From: Bdellovibrionales bacterium
GTDB lineage: Bacteria > Bdellovibrionota > Bdellovibrionia > Bdellovibrionales > JAMPXM01
NCBI GenBank assembly: GCA_043739185.1
Contig: JAYUEN010000009.1
Coordinates: forward strand, 1-24,423
DNA length: 24,423 bases
Reading direction: 5' to 3'
Shown: positions 1 to 7,869 of the stretch, in pieces
Layout of the letters: each line of letters opens with the position of its first letter
How positions within the stretch are numbered: position 1 is the stretch's first letter
Made by a program: the position numbers and the translations under genes
The notes under the pieces: model-generated
Told to the model about the DNA's origin: nothing
Databases searched by the model: none
The model's input: the letters and a program-made list of their open reading frames with translations, nothing else

Positions 1-2
1 TG

Positions 3-638
3 GGACGATTGTTTTCATATGTCTGCATCGGCGCAGCCTTAGGTTCTTTTGGAAATTTGATCCTAGGTCAGAGCCGCCCCGAGTGGCTTTCAAATTTTGG
101 AATCATTTTAATCGCTTTCTTGCTTTTTGTAAATGCATGGCGCTTATGGACCGATCAATCCTTGCATTTTAATTTGCCCGCTTTTTTCCCCAAAGTATTT
201 GCGAGAATATCTGCCAGACCCTTTGCCAGTAAATTTAATAGATACTTAAACCAAAATATTTTGAAACTTTGGCAGAACTTAAGAAGTTCAAATTTACCTA
301 GTCAGACGACTTCAGTACTTTCAGGCCTGCTCACAGTTTTATTGCCCTGCGGGCATCTCTATAGTTTTCTGATTGGAGCCCTTGCGACCGGTAGCGCACT
401 AAGAGGTGGGCTTTTTATGTTCGCCTTTTGGCTTGGTAATGCGCCAATTTTATTTTTAGGAGGAACACTCTTTCATAAATTAGCAAAACCCAATTTTCAG
501 AAACGCAAACGCTGGGCAGGCGCGATTCTTTTAGTCTCAGGCCTTATCAGTGTTCTGGCGTTCGGAGCCAGAACACAAAGTTTCAATCAGGAATTAAAAA
601 GCTCGAAACCAAATTTAAATTGCCATGAAGTTAAATGA
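3..638 (+). CDS. DsbD_2 / 'sulfite exporter TauE/SafE'-type membrane protein (often in cbb3-oxidase maturation clusters); 5'-partial
   Basis: Frame is open from the window edge (GRLFSY, typical of the family GRxxSY motif). Contains LLPCGHLY (family LPCGLVY) and MFAFWLG, several TM helices, and a C-terminal NCH. Confidence 0.8.
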   Translation, partial: GRLFSYVCIGAALGSFGNLILGQSRPEWLSNFGIILIAFLLFVNAWRLWTDQSLHFNLPAFFPKVFARISARPFASKFNRYLNQNILKLWQNLRSSNLPSQTTSVLSGLLTVLLPCGHLYSFLIGALATGSALRGGLFMFAFWLGNAPILFLGGTLFHKLAKPNFQKRKRWAGAILLVSGLISVLAFGARTQSFNQELKSSKPNLNCHEVK

Positions 639-643
639 ACTCC

Positions 644-1093
644 CTAACAACGCGCATTCATATCCCAGGCATCATAATAGTCGTCGACGAAAATATCCTC
701 GAGGTTTTCTTCATCTAGCAAATCAACTAAAATCCCCAGAGCATCGATCACGGTGAATATTCCTAGGACTTCTTTTGAGTTGTTTACAACCACTGCTGAA
801 CCAATCTTACGCTCTTGCATAGTGCTTACGATTTCACGTAGGGGAGTCGATCTTTTGGCGACATAAACTTCTCTTTTCATGATATCACCCACTAAAAGTT
901 TATCGGCCTGAGGCAATGCACTGCAAGCACGCAAGTCACGCTCAGAAACCAGACCTATAAGCTTACCTTCTTCGACAATTGGTAAATGTCGAACCCCACA
1001 TTCTACTAAAAACTCTAGTGCCTCTTGAAGACTCATTTCGGCTTCTCCAACATAAGGACTTTTGATCATGAATTCGCCAATTGATTTTTCCAT
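644..1093 (-). CDS. CBS-pair domain protein
   Basis: VRHLPIVEEGKLIGLVSERDL and KIGSAVVV..VLGIFTVID CBS motifs. Start placed at ATG 1093, behind the G-rich RBS and downstream of the sigma54 promoter (track start 1111). Confidence 0.9.
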   Translation of the reverse strand: MEKSIGEFMIKSPYVGEAEMSLQEALEFLVECGVRHLPIVEEGKLIGLVSERDLRACSALPQADKLLVGDIMKREVYVAKRSTPLREIVSTMQERKIGSAVVVNNSKEVLGIFTVIDALGILVDLLDEENLEDIFVDDYYDAWDMNARC

Positions 1094-1126
1094 ACCTACC
1101 CCCCTTTTCATTTATTCATTTTAATT

Positions 1127-1142
1127 TGCACAGAGCTTGCCA
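1127..1142 (-). promoter_or_regulatory. sigma54 (-24/-12) promoter for the CBS gene
   Basis: Minus strand reads TGGCAAGCTCTGTGCA, with exact GG-N10-GC spacing, ~35 bp before the ATG. Confidence 0.75.
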
Positions 1143-1237
1143 AGATTCTGAGGCTCAAATCCCATTTAAACTTAGCCTATAATATTTTTGCTGATCCTAC
1201 GGGCTAAAAAATCTCGAGGCGAGAAAGATTGGCTCCT

Positions 1238-1253
1238 TGGCATAGGCTGTGCT
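1238..1253 (+). promoter_or_regulatory. sigma54 (-24/-12) promoter upstream of the response regulator
   Basis: TGGCATAGGCTGTGCT, GG-N10-GC spacing. Confidence 0.7.
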
Positions 1254-1298
1254 TTTTAGATAGAGTGGATTGCCTATAGTTGATAAGAGCTTTAATCT

Positions 1299-1334
1299 GA
1301 GCCATCTTAGCTCAGGGGCGAGCCAATTTGTCTC
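1299..1334. promoter_or_regulatory. Tandem palindromic candidate enhancer (UAS) sites
   Basis: GAGCCATCTTAGCTC (1299-1313) and GAGCCAATTTGTCTC (1320-1334), 21 bp apart. Related copies at 1221, 3998, 4898 and 4928. Confidence 0.55.
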
Positions 1335-1358
1335 GTTTTTCACTGTAAGGAGAGCTGT

Positions 1359-2825
1359 ATGTCGAGAACCCATCATATATTAGTCATAGATGATGATGCT
1401 GGAATGAGGTCGATGGTTGTCGACTTCCTACGCTCCGAAAGTCACAAGGTCAGCGAAGCGCCATCTGCAAGTGATGCCTTAGAGCGAGTGAAGAAGGGTG
1501 AATTTTCGACCTCATCGAATTTGAATCAGGAGGGTCTTGGCGAACGCCTTGACCTGATAATCAGCGACCTCAATATGCCGGGGATGAACGGCTTAGAATT
1601 CATCGTTCAATTCAGAGAAATTGCGCCTAATATTCCAATTATTTTGATTACGGCATTTGGCTCTATTGAGACTGCAATCGAGGCGATTCGCAAAGGTGCT
1701 TTCGATTATACAACCAAACCTTTTAAACTAGCTGAAATGAGCGTAACCGTTGCACGCGCACTTAAGTTTCGCGATCTTCATCTTGAAAATGCAAGACTCC
1801 AAGGTGAAATTGAACAGACTCAATCCTTCAGAAAAATCATTGGCAAATCTCCCGGCATGCGTGAGGTTTTTGACCTCATTCAAAGAGTTGCTCCAGCCAC
1901 AGCAAATGTTTTGATTACTGGTGAAAGCGGAACGGGTAAAGAACGGGTTGCCAACGCAATTCATGACGAAGGCCCGCGTCGCACCAAGAGATTTGTAGCC
2001 ATCAATTGCACTGCAATCCCTGAATCCCTTCTTGAGAGTGAGCTTTTTGGACACGCCAAAGGCGCCTTTACGGGCGCTATCTCAAAAAAGCGTGGCCTTT
2101 TTGAAGAAGCCGATGGTGGAACTTTATTTCTAGATGAAATTGGCGATATGAATTTGGCCCTACAAGCAAAATTACTAAGAGTTATTCAAGAGAGAAAGAT
2201 ACGCGCAGTAGGCGACAATATTGATCGCGAAATCAATGTACGCATCATTGCGGCCACACATAAAGATCTAAAGCTCGCAATTAAAAATGGCACCTTCAGA
2301 GAAGATCTTTACTACAGACTTTCTGTCATTCCGATTTTGATCCCTCCACTCAGACATCGGCGAGAAGATATTCCATTACTCGCCGAACATTTTTTAAAAA
2401 AATACTCTGCTGCTAATGGTTCAAAGGTAAAGGGATTTTCTCAAGAGGCTCTCACTCGCTTGCTTGCAATGCCCTGGGAGGGCAATGTGCGCGAGCTTGA
2501 AAATATTATTGAACGCGCCCTTGTGCTCGCTCGCGGTGCACTCATTGAGCTCAAAGATTTGTCTTCTTCAGGCGAAGCGAGTGCTGAATCTTTTTTTGAG
2601 TCTACCCAGTCCGGCACCATGCCCACTCTTGAAGAGATCGAAAAACGCTACTTCAAATTTGTTCTCGATAAGACCGGAGGCCGAAAAGAAAAGGCGGCAC
2701 AGGTTTTAGGAATCAATCGCCGAACACTATATCGAAAAGAGCGAGAATACGGCTTGGTTCAAGATACCAATTCACATTCCGATTCTGATCAAGACCTTGA
2801 TGGCGAAGAAGAAGACGAGAGCTAA
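1359..2825 (+). CDS. Sigma54-dependent response regulator (NtrC/AtoC/ZraR family: REC + AAA+ + Fis HTH)
   Basis: REC domain (VIDDD, IISDLNMPGMNG, KPF), Walker A GESGTGKE, ESELFGH-GAFTGA, FLDEIG, FREDLYYRL, WEGNVRELEN, HTH AAQVLGINRRTLYRK. AAGGAG RBS. Confidence 0.96.
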   Translation: MSRTHHILVIDDDAGMRSMVVDFLRSESHKVSEAPSASDALERVKKGEFSTSSNLNQEGLGERLDLIISDLNMPGMNGLEFIVQFREIAPNIPIILITAFGSIETAIEAIRKGAFDYTTKPFKLAEMSVTVARALKFRDLHLENARLQGEIEQTQSFRKIIGKSPGMREVFDLIQRVAPATANVLITGESGTGKERVANAIHDEGPRRTKRFVAINCTAIPESLLESELFGHAKGAFTGAISKKRGLFEEADGGTLFLDEIGDMNLALQAKLLRVIQERKIRAVGDNIDREINVRIIAATHKDLKLAIKNGTFREDLYYRLSVIPILIPPLRHRREDIPLLAEHFLKKYSAANGSKVKGFSQEALTRLLAMPWEGNVRELENIIERALVLARGALIELKDLSSSGEASAESFFESTQSGTMPTLEEIEKRYFKFVLDKTGGRKEKAAQVLGINRRTLYRKEREYGLVQDTNSHSDSDQDLDGEEEDES

Positions 2826-2830
2826 AAACT

Positions 2831-3961
2831 CTATGGAGTTTTGAATTCAATTTTAAACGTGGCCCCAAGCCCAACGCCATCACTTTCAACAAATACTTTG
2901 GCTTCCATCTCTTCAACTAATTTGGCCACAATTGATAAACCAAGCCCTGTCCCCTTACCGGCTGCTTTAGTTGTAAAAAATGGCTGAAAGAGCTTGCGAA
3001 TATTATCTTTTGAAATTCCGCAACCAGAGTCCCTAATACTCACCATACATCGTCTGTTCGGAATTCCTTCAGCCATAATTTCTATAAAATGAGGACTGGC
3101 AATTTTTTCAGTAGTTTGGTTTAGCGATTCGGCTCTAATTTTTTGCTCTTCAATTGCGTGCATTGAATTGATAATAATATTTAAAAAAAGTTGTTGCAAA
3201 TGGGCGGGATCGGCAAACACAATTTGCTCTAAATTTTTACTTTGAAGCTCAATCCCAATTTTACGACAAGACTCGCCCATCAAATTAAGAACTTCTTTCA
3301 CTGCAGGGAAGAGTTGAATTTCTCGAAGTAAAATTTGATCTGGAACTCGGCTGACTCGCAGTAAAGACTGAATGAGGCCAGATATACGATCAATTTGTCC
3401 GAGTACGGCCTCTAAGTTTTTCTTGGCCACTTCATTTCCGACAAGTTGATTCATAACAAGTTCTGTACGCCCGCGAATCACGCCCAGAGGATTTCCGATT
3501 TCGTGCGCAAGACCTCCCGCCAGCATACCAATCGAAGCCAGTCGGTCCTGCTGAAGAATTTGTTGCTCCATGCGTTTATGTTCTGAAAGATCAACTGCAA
3601 TTCCCATATAACCAGCTATTTTACCCGAAGCCTCTCGGTACGGAGTAATCGTCAGCAGCACAGGCACCAAATGCCCATCCTTGGCGCGATTAACCACTTC
3701 GCCTCGCCAGAAACCTATTTTTGGATCTAAAATGGTTTGCCATAAAGCTTTGTAAAAATTGTCATCTTGCAGTGGAGATCGCAAAAGTCGTGGGGTTTGC
3801 CCAAGCGCTTCGTCTTTACGATAGCCGTATGTTAAAATCCAAGCCGGATTAACATATGTCAGTCGTCCTGAGGGATCCGTTAACATAATCGCTTCAAAAC
3901 AATCCTGAACACATCTTAAAAAAACTTGGTCAACTAAACCTGCGGCATTGATATCTTCCAT
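2831..3961 (-). CDS. Cytoplasmic PAS-domain sensor histidine kinase
   Basis: N-terminal PAS/PAC (YVNPAW..YGY..E.LGQTPRLL..LW..WRGEVVNRAKDG), H-box LAHEIGNPL, N-box QLFLNIIINSMHA, DSGCGI, FQPFFTTK, GTGLGL. No TM segment. Confidence 0.95.
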   Translation of the reverse strand: MEDINAAGLVDQVFLRCVQDCFEAIMLTDPSGRLTYVNPAWILTYGYRKDEALGQTPRLLRSPLQDDNFYKALWQTILDPKIGFWRGEVVNRAKDGHLVPVLLTITPYREASGKIAGYMGIAVDLSEHKRMEQQILQQDRLASIGMLAGGLAHEIGNPLGVIRGRTELVMNQLVGNEVAKKNLEAVLGQIDRISGLIQSLLRVSRVPDQILLREIQLFPAVKEVLNLMGESCRKIGIELQSKNLEQIVFADPAHLQQLFLNIIINSMHAIEEQKIRAESLNQTTEKIASPHFIEIMAEGIPNRRCMVSIRDSGCGISKDNIRKLFQPFFTTKAAGKGTGLGLSIVAKLVEEMEAKVFVESDGVGLGATFKIEFKTP

Positions 3962-3967
3962 CCCGCT

Positions 3968-3996
3968 ATTTTAAAGCTGTGTTCCAATTCTGTCAA
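3968..3996 (-). promoter_or_regulatory. sigma70 promoter giving a probably leaderless kinase mRNA
   Basis: Minus strand reads TTGACA-17 nt-TAAAAT-AGCGGG-ATG. Confidence 0.75.
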
Positions 3997-4084
3997 CGAG
4001 CCATGAATGCTCGCGCGAGAACTTGAAATGTCCCATTTTTTGATCGAACCCGAGATGAGTTGAATTAAAGCCAAGATCGACTCA

Positions 4085-4100
4085 TGGCATATCTACTGCA
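4085..4100 (+). promoter_or_regulatory. sigma54 (-24/-12) promoter for the hemerythrin-like gene
   Basis: TGGCATATCTACTGCA, GG-N10-GC spacing, 38 bp before the ATG. Confidence 0.75.
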
Positions 4101-4138
4101 TTGTCCATTTATATAATCTGATTTTTTCAAAGGAATTT

Positions 4139-4714
4139 ATGTTTGCATTTACAGAACACCTCAAAAATGAAATGCAAGTCATTCATTTGGGATTATCTCT
4201 ACTTGAGACATATTCTTCGGATCTCACTGATGAGAAATTGGTTCCTCCCGAAGATATTCGACTCGCAATTTATGCCATTCAAATTGCCTTTGAAGAAACC
4301 CACCTCGCCAAAGAAGAAGCCTTCCTCATTGCTAAACTACAAAGTTCGCAAGTTTGGAATGCACTTTCCCCAACCGACAAAAATAAAATTACAAAAAACT
4401 TAGAAGACAATCGAAAGACTTGCAAACAACTACTCGATTTGCGCCTCTTTGTAGACAAATATGAAACCAAAGCTTCCCAGTTGGTCTTACTCAAACTATT
4501 TTTAATTGAATTTGTATCTCGGGTAACTTGGCATTTAGAAAATGAAATCAAAACAACATTTGCTTTAGCTGATCAAATTTTGACCTCTATCGAGCAAAAG
4601 GAAATTCTTCAAAGAGCCCTAGAGTTTGGCGCCGCCTATAGTACCGGTCAGATCTGTAAGTCTCGGCTCATTTTCAATCGCTTGCGCTTTTCACGAGGCC
4701 TCCCAGCCGCATAA
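4139..4714 (+). CDS. Hemerythrin/HHE-like helical protein (degenerate)
   Basis: HLAKEEAFL and HLENEIKTTFALADQIL..EQKEI resemble the two HxxxE...LFP repeats of HHE domains. AAGGA RBS. Confidence 0.6.
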   Translation: MFAFTEHLKNEMQVIHLGLSLLETYSSDLTDEKLVPPEDIRLAIYAIQIAFEETHLAKEEAFLIAKLQSSQVWNALSPTDKNKITKNLEDNRKTCKQLLDLRLFVDKYETKASQLVLLKLFLIEFVSRVTWHLENEIKTTFALADQILTSIEQKEILQRALEFGAAYSTGQICKSRLIFNRLRFSRGLPAA

Positions 4715-4727
4715 AACTTCGGAGCCT

Positions 4728-4858
4728 GGCAAACCGACTTCAGTTAACGGCTCCAGAAACCGAGACCGAAACAGCTTAACGGCCGACGGCTGCTGCTGCC
4801 ACGAAAACTGATTCAACTCTGATTCAACTCTGACTCGACTCCGACTCGAATCCGAGCC
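4728..4858 (+). repeat. Dispersed intergenic repeat, copy 1, ending in a degenerate 11-bp tandem array
   Basis: Similar to the reverse complement of 13822-13998. Tandem units CTGATTCAACT x2, CTGACTCGACT and CCGACTCGAAT at 4808-4851. Confidence 0.7.
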
Positions 4859-4897
4859 AAATAAAAATTAAGCCTGGGCCAAAAAGTAACTTATCCA

Positions 4898-4942
4898 AAA
4901 CCAATTTGTCCCATTTTTTAATAAGCTCTGCCAATTTGTCTC
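4898..4942. promoter_or_regulatory. Candidate enhancer (UAS) pair upstream of the CBS-MBL operon
   Basis: AAACCAATTTGTCCC (4898-4912) and CTGCCAATTTGTCTC (4928-4942) share CCAATTTGTCYC with the 1320 site. Confidence 0.55.
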
Positions 4943-4978
4943 AGCCTAATTTTCAAAACCCATATAGGTTAATTTAAG

Positions 4979-4994
4979 CGGCATATCGCTTGCA
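4979..4994 (+). promoter_or_regulatory. sigma54 (-24/-12) promoter for the CBS + MBL operon
   Basis: CGGCATATCGCTTGCA, canonical GGCA...TTGCA. Confidence 0.8.
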
Positions 4995-5036
4995 CTTATG
5001 CACCATAGAATCAATTTTTCTTAACAAGGAGCCAAA

Positions 5037-5444
5037 ATGAAAGCTATCCCAACTGTATCAAAATATATGACCACTCTTCCCCACACAATTGGCTCCGATC
5101 AAAACTTAATTAAGGCTGAGAAAATGATGGCTGAATTGCGAGTTCGCCATTTGCCAGTTATGAATGGTGGCAAATTGGTTGGGATTCTCTCAGATCGTGA
5201 CTTAAGACTTGTTGAAAGTTTTCAAGATGTCGATCCAGAAAAAGTGACAGTTGAAGAAGCCTATACGCCCGAGCCCTTTATCATTTCACCAACTTCGAGC
5301 TTAACTGATGTTTGCTCTGAAATGGCATCAAAAAAAATGGGCTGCGCCTTGGTTTGTGATCGACAAGAACTCGTAGGCATTTTTACTTGGGTCGATGCGC
5401 TCAATGCATTTAGCGAACTGCTGACCACACGTTTAAAACAATAA
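5037..5444 (+). CDS. CBS-pair domain protein
   Basis: VRHLPVMNGGKLVGILSDRDL and KMGCALVC..LVGIFTWVDAL. AAGGAG RBS. Paralogous to the 644-1093 protein. Confidence 0.92.
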   Translation: MKAIPTVSKYMTTLPHTIGSDQNLIKAEKMMAELRVRHLPVMNGGKLVGILSDRDLRLVESFQDVDPEKVTVEEAYTPEPFIISPTSSLTDVCSEMASKKMGCALVCDRQELVGIFTWVDALNAFSELLTTRLKQ

Positions 5445-5456
5445 GAGGCCCGCAAT

Positions 5457-6860
5457 ATGAAACTTCGCTTTCTCGGAGCAACAGATACAGTCACCGGTTC
5501 ACGCTATCTTCTGAGCTCCGAAAAGACGAAAATTTTAATCGACTGCGGTTTGTTTCAAGGTTACAAAAAATTGCGTCTGCGAAATTGGGAAGATCTCCCT
5601 TTTTCGGCCTCAGAACTTGACGCTGTCATTTTAACTCATGCACATCTTGATCATAGCGGCTATATTCCACTACTTGTCAAAAATGGTTTTCGCGGAAGTA
5701 TTTATTGTAGCGAAGCGACCTATGACCTTTGCAGTGTCTTGCTTCCGGACTCTGGTTATCTTCAAGAAGAAGAGGCCAGGCACGCCAATAAGCATGGTTT
5801 TTCAAGGCACAAACCAGCACTGCCACTTTATACTGAAAAAGAAGCTCGCGCCTGTCTCAGTTCATTTGTGCCCACCAACTGGAAGGAAATTTATAGTATT
5901 TCAAAAAATGGCTCGGATGATAAAATTGAATTTAGCTTTCATCCGGCAGGCCATCTCTTTGGAGCCGCGAGCATTTTAATTCAAACCAAAAAAGGCAGCA
6001 TCTGTTTTTCTGGTGACCTTGGTCGAAAAAGCGACCCGATCAACCGCCTGCCAGACTTTGATTTGGGTGCCGATGAGCTTGTGGTTGAATCAACCTACGG
6101 AAACCGTAAGCATCTCGAGGTCGATCCGAAAGAAGAGCTGCGAAAAGTGATACTTAAGACCTATGAACGAAAGGGAAGCTTACTCATTCCTTCATTTGCG
6201 GTTGGACGAGCGCAATTGGTTTTGCATTATATTCGCGAATTGAAAATCGCAAACCAAATTCCGGACCTTCCAGTTTATTTAAATAGCCCAATGGCTCAAA
6301 GAGCGAATGAAGTTTTTTGTAAGGACTTTCACGAATCAAAAATGTCACAAGCAGAAGCCAAAGAAATTTGTGCGACCGCAAAAGCTATCATAAGTGTTGA
6401 AGACTCAGCTGCTCTAAATGAGCGAAAAGATCCCATCATTATCATCGCGGCGAGCGGTATGGCTACCGGCGGACGCATACTTCATCACCTTAAAAACTTT
6501 GCTCCCGACCCAAAAAATACGATTCTTTTTGTTGGCTTTCAAGCCGGCGGTACTCGTGGAGAAAGCATTTTAAATGGAGCTAACGAGATTAAGATATTTG
6601 GTGATTTCGTAAAAATTCGCGCCGAAATAGCTCACTTGAGCTCGATGTCGGCGCACGCTGATGCAAATGAAATATTAAGTTGGATTCGAAACTTTAAGAA
6701 AAAACCCCGCCGTGTATTTGTCACTCACGGTGAACCTGCCGCTGCCGACGAATTGCGCCGCCAAATTGAACATCAATTGAGTCTGCCAGCGCTGACCCCT
6801 GAATTCGGTCAATCATTTGAATTGCTTCAATCCGAAGATAATTTAGTCACTCGCTCTTGA
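5457..6860 (+). CDS. MBL-fold beta-CASP metallohydrolase / putative RNase (COG1236 type)
   Basis: FLGA..VTGS, IDCGLFQG, LTHAHLDHSG, AGHLFG, FSGDLG, ESTYG, FAVGRAQ, ASGMATGGRI, SAHAD, VTHGE. Confidence 0.93.
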   Translation: MKLRFLGATDTVTGSRYLLSSEKTKILIDCGLFQGYKKLRLRNWEDLPFSASELDAVILTHAHLDHSGYIPLLVKNGFRGSIYCSEATYDLCSVLLPDSGYLQEEEARHANKHGFSRHKPALPLYTEKEARACLSSFVPTNWKEIYSISKNGSDDKIEFSFHPAGHLFGAASILIQTKKGSICFSGDLGRKSDPINRLPDFDLGADELVVESTYGNRKHLEVDPKEELRKVILKTYERKGSLLIPSFAVGRAQLVLHYIRELKIANQIPDLPVYLNSPMAQRANEVFCKDFHESKMSQAEAKEICATAKAIISVEDSAALNERKDPIIIIAASGMATGGRILHHLKNFAPDPKNTILFVGFQAGGTRGESILNGANEIKIFGDFVKIRAEIAHLSSMSAHADANEILSWIRNFKKKPRRVFVTHGEPAAADELRRQIEHQLSLPALTPEFGQSFELLQSEDNLVTRS

Positions 6861-7016
6861 TTTAAAAAAATTAATAGCAATTTCAAATTGGCACACTTTT
6901 TTCAGCAAATCAGTTGGTTAAAAGTCAGCGACAAACTAACGACTCAGTAGGAATTTGAGCCGTGCCGATTTTTGCGAATGATGAAAATTTAACAATCTAG
7001 ATCAAAGGGGAAATTT

Positions 7017-7394
7017 GTGAAATCAATTGCGTTTTTGTTACTTAGCTGGACATTAATAACTGCGTGTACACATCATGACGATGCTCCACCAGCGACCGCG
7101 GCACCGCCACCACCTGTAGCTACCGCGCAAAGCTTTGGCACCACCAATGGCCAAGAAGGCGGCCCCTGCGATCCTCAAATCCTGGCAGACTACCGAGTCG
7201 CCCAAAACTCGTGTGGCTCCGGTGATCTCAGCGGGATGGCGGCCTGCCAAGATGCTCTTAATTTATTTAGCTCGCAACACCCAAATGTCAACTGCAGCAC
7301 ATCAACAGGAAGCGAAACCATCACCATCAAAACTTCTCATTCCTCATCAAATACTTCTACACACTCTGAAGTAAATGAATTCAGCATTGATTAA
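7017..7394 (+). CDS. Putative lipoprotein, Cys-containing, unknown function
   Basis: GTG start after an AAGGGG RBS. Signal peptide with lipobox-like LITA-C, a Pro/Ala linker and four further Cys. Confidence 0.7.
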   Translation: MKSIAFLLLSWTLITACTHHDDAPPATAAPPPPVATAQSFGTTNGQEGGPCDPQILADYRVAQNSCGSGDLSGMAACQDALNLFSSQHPNVNCSTSTGSETITIKTSHSSSNTSTHSEVNEFSID

Positions 7395-7405
7395 TAAGTT
7401 ACAAA

Positions 7406-7705
7406 TTACTGGGCTAATTCGGCGTTTGCCTGGCCACTGTAAGTTGCAAGCAAAGAACAGAATTTGCCGTCTTTTCCCGCCCATGTATAATATAGACCTG
7501 GCCCCTTAGCACCTGGATCAGAGGTTATTTTGATCATTTCTGGCTTACCTGAAGGCGTCACTAATTCTCCACACAGTTCTGCCGCCGGCGAAAAGTTGCT
7601 GCCATTTTCTAAAAATCGAAAGCTAGTAATCTTCACATCTGCGGCCAATACGTTGATACTAAGAGTGGTACAAGCCAGGAAGCTAGCAATAGTTGATTTA
7701 TACAT
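7406..7705 (-). CDS. Small secreted hypothetical protein
   Basis: AGGAG RBS, signal peptide ending VLA-A, two Cys in the mature region. Confidence 0.75.
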   Translation of the reverse strand: MYKSTIASFLACTTLSINVLAADVKITSFRFLENGSNFSPAAELCGELVTPSGKPEMIKITSDPGAKGPGLYYTWAGKDGKFCSLLATYSGQANAELAQ

Positions 7706-7811
7706 GACAATCTCCTGTTGGTGGTTCGTTGAACTTACTAAAATGAAATCCTTGAGATATTATTCCTACATATTGTATCGAGCACAAGTTTTATGAGCGT
7801 GTCTAGGAAAT

Positions 7812-7845
7812 AAAAAAAGGGCAACTCTGAAAGAGCTGCCCTTTT
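7812..7845 (-). terminator. Rho-independent terminator (possibly bidirectional)
   Basis: Minus strand GGGCAGCTCT-TTC-AGAGTTGCCC followed by T7, just downstream of the 7870 stop. Confidence 0.85.
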
Positions 7846-7869
7846 AAAATGACTAATAAAAACTAAATT

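Noticed and set aside
4626..4811. 61-aa ORF ending in GCCCHEN across the repeat
   Set aside because: It overlaps the hemerythrin-like gene, and the second repeat copy has a stop in the equivalent frame.
4808..4858. Possible CRISPR array
   Set aside because: The units are 11 bp and contiguous, with no spacers and no cas genes.
6889..6904. sigma54-like TGGCACACTTTTTTCA before the lipoprotein gene
   Set aside because: Good -24 box, but -12 reads TC instead of GC. Possible, but not supported enough to call.
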